A stretch of 44,400 nucleotides of DNA from Methanobacteriota archaeon. GTDB taxonomy: Archaea > Thermoplasmatota > Thermoplasmata > RBG-16-68-12. The translations under genes were made by a program, and so were the position numbers. Where the stretch lies: the NCBI GenBank assembly GCA_005878915.1, contig VBML01000020.1, positions 1-44,400 of the forward strand, written 5' to 3'. Below, piece by piece: positions 43,724 through 44,400 of this stretch (position 1 is its first letter; each line of letters begins with the position of its first letter). The notes under the pieces are model-generated. The model saw only the letters and a program-made list of their open reading frames with translations, did not search any database and was not told where the DNA came from.

Positions 43724-44400
43724 ATGTGGGCCGGATCCGAGTCGTGTACGGGTTCAAGCTCCGGCAGTTCTTCGGTCCGGTCCGACACTCCGCGGCGACC
43801 ATTGTCATCCTCGGGTTTGCTGCGTTCATTACCCTCCCCGTCGTGCTCATCGTCGGATACTTCCTCCCCGACACGCCGGCGTGGCGCTCCACCGGACTCT
43901 CGGAGTTACTGGCGACGGCTCTCTCCGCGTTCCTCGCGTTCGACCTTCTCTTCGGGCTCAGCGGGGGGACGCTCACGCATCCCGCGGAAATCGACTTCTT
44001 CGCGACCTCTCGCCTCCGGCCACGGGAGTACCTCCTCGCGGACCTCCTCTTTCAGTTCACGGTGACGGACGCCCTCGCGGTCCCGGCGCTCCTCGTCGCG
44101 GGACTCGGGTTGGGGATCCGTACGGGCCAATGGACGGCGATTGGAAGCGCCGTCCTGTTGCTCCTCGGGTTCGCCGCGATGGGTCTCGCGTTGGGGCAGG
44201 GCGTCGGACTCCTCGTCGCGGCTGGGAAACGTGGTGCGAAGGCGGCGCTAATCGGGCTCGTCATTCTCCTGATGCTTCCGGCAGGCCACATGTTTTGGCC
44301 ACCCCTCCCGGAGTACGCGGCGTTGCCCTTTCCGTCTACCGCTGCCGCTCAAGTCGTCGTTGGGCTCTTAGGACTCTTGCGCGGAACGGATATTACCGTC
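43720..44400 (+). CDS. ABC-transporter permease-like membrane protein, partial (runs off the window; absent from the ORF track)
   Basis: GTG 43720 forms a GTGA overlap with the ATPase stop. The frame is open for all 227 codons to 44400, with strong GC3 bias and several TM helices (AATIVILGFAAFITLPVVLIVGYF, AVLLLLGFAAMGLALGQGVGLLV). The listed ORF 43724-44065 is Ser-rich off-frame sequence. Confidence 0.6.
   Translation, partial: MNVGRIRVVYGFKLRQFFGPVRHSAATIVILGFAAFITLPVVLIVGYFLPDTPAWRSTGLSELLATALSAFLAFDLLFGLSGGTLTHPAEIDFFATSRLRPREYLLADLLFQFTVTDALAVPALLVAGLGLGIRTGQWTAIGSAVLLLLGFAAMGLALGQGVGLLVAAGKRGAKAALIGLVILLMLPAGHMFWPPLPEYAALPFPSTAAAQVVVGLLGLLRGTDITV

Noticed and set aside
43724-44065. 113-aa Ser-rich ORF after the second ABC ATPase
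   Set aside because: It is off-frame relative to the membrane-protein frame starting at 43720. Its composition (SSSGSSS, RRR) is not protein-like.

Overview
This is a GC-rich chromosomal segment (roughly 60-65% GC by eye, with strong G/C preference at codon position 3). Gene content marks it as archaeal: thermosome, proteasome beta subunit, aCPSF1/FttA, aTrm56 and pyrB/pyrI. Many start codons have an A/T-rich TATA-like box centred about 25-30 nt upstream, so most genes look leaderless or short-leader. I call about 56 densely packed protein genes on both strands. I found no rRNA, tRNA, CRISPR array, transposase, integrase or other mobile element.

Gene content by region:
- 0.1-7 kb: a cell-surface and glycan block with an Asp-box/FN3 surface protein, a GT1 glycosyltransferase, gmd, an SDR epimerase and two SAM methyltransferases.
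- 7-13.5 kb: membrane and orphan proteins, an M1 aminopeptidase with HEAT repeats, an HExxH mini-protein and CsaA.
- 13.5-17.4 kb: a GNAT, the tdh-kbl operon and a COG3199 NAD-kinase-like gene.
- 17.4-22.3 kb: a UbiA prenyltransferase, an ArsR regulator with a small membrane protein, a secreted orphan, an aldo/keto reductase and small orphans.
- 22.3-32 kb: psmB, aCPSF1, a VKOR plus membrane thioredoxin pair, an OB-fold protein, the thermosome, a quinone oxidoreductase, acs and thioredoxin.
- 32-38.5 kb: a Cys-rich mini-ORF, wHTH regulators, pyrBI, a PRC-barrel protein, a ParB/Srx-like protein, a surface glycoprotein, aTrm56 and an SSB-like OB-fold protein.
- 38.4-44.4 kb: two ABC transporter loci, an LMW-PTP/ArsC-like protein and an isoaspartyl peptidase.

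Most of this is housekeeping. I do not see a convincing self-contained novel multi-gene system, and there are no defence-like nuclease/ATPase modules.

The items most worth a second look:
1. Four single-nucleotide frame breaks in otherwise good genes. One links a 2-TM anchor ORF to the start-codon-less M1 aminopeptidase at an AAA-TAA site.
2. A 52-aa Cys/Gly-tailed ORF lying between thioredoxin and an ArsR-like regulator.
3. Two tandem modules of C-rich box, hairpin and U-tract. Their stems differ in sequence but keep the same structure.
4. A VKOR paired with a zinc-finger/TM/thioredoxin protein.
5. An orphan ImmA/IrrE-like HExxH protein.

Caveats on the ORF track. Many long ORFs are antisense or off-frame artefacts of GC-rich DNA. 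The M in the track often stands for GTG or TTG. Two plausible ORFs are missing from the track: a 46-aa membrane peptide at 21680-21820 and a partial permease at 43720-44400.
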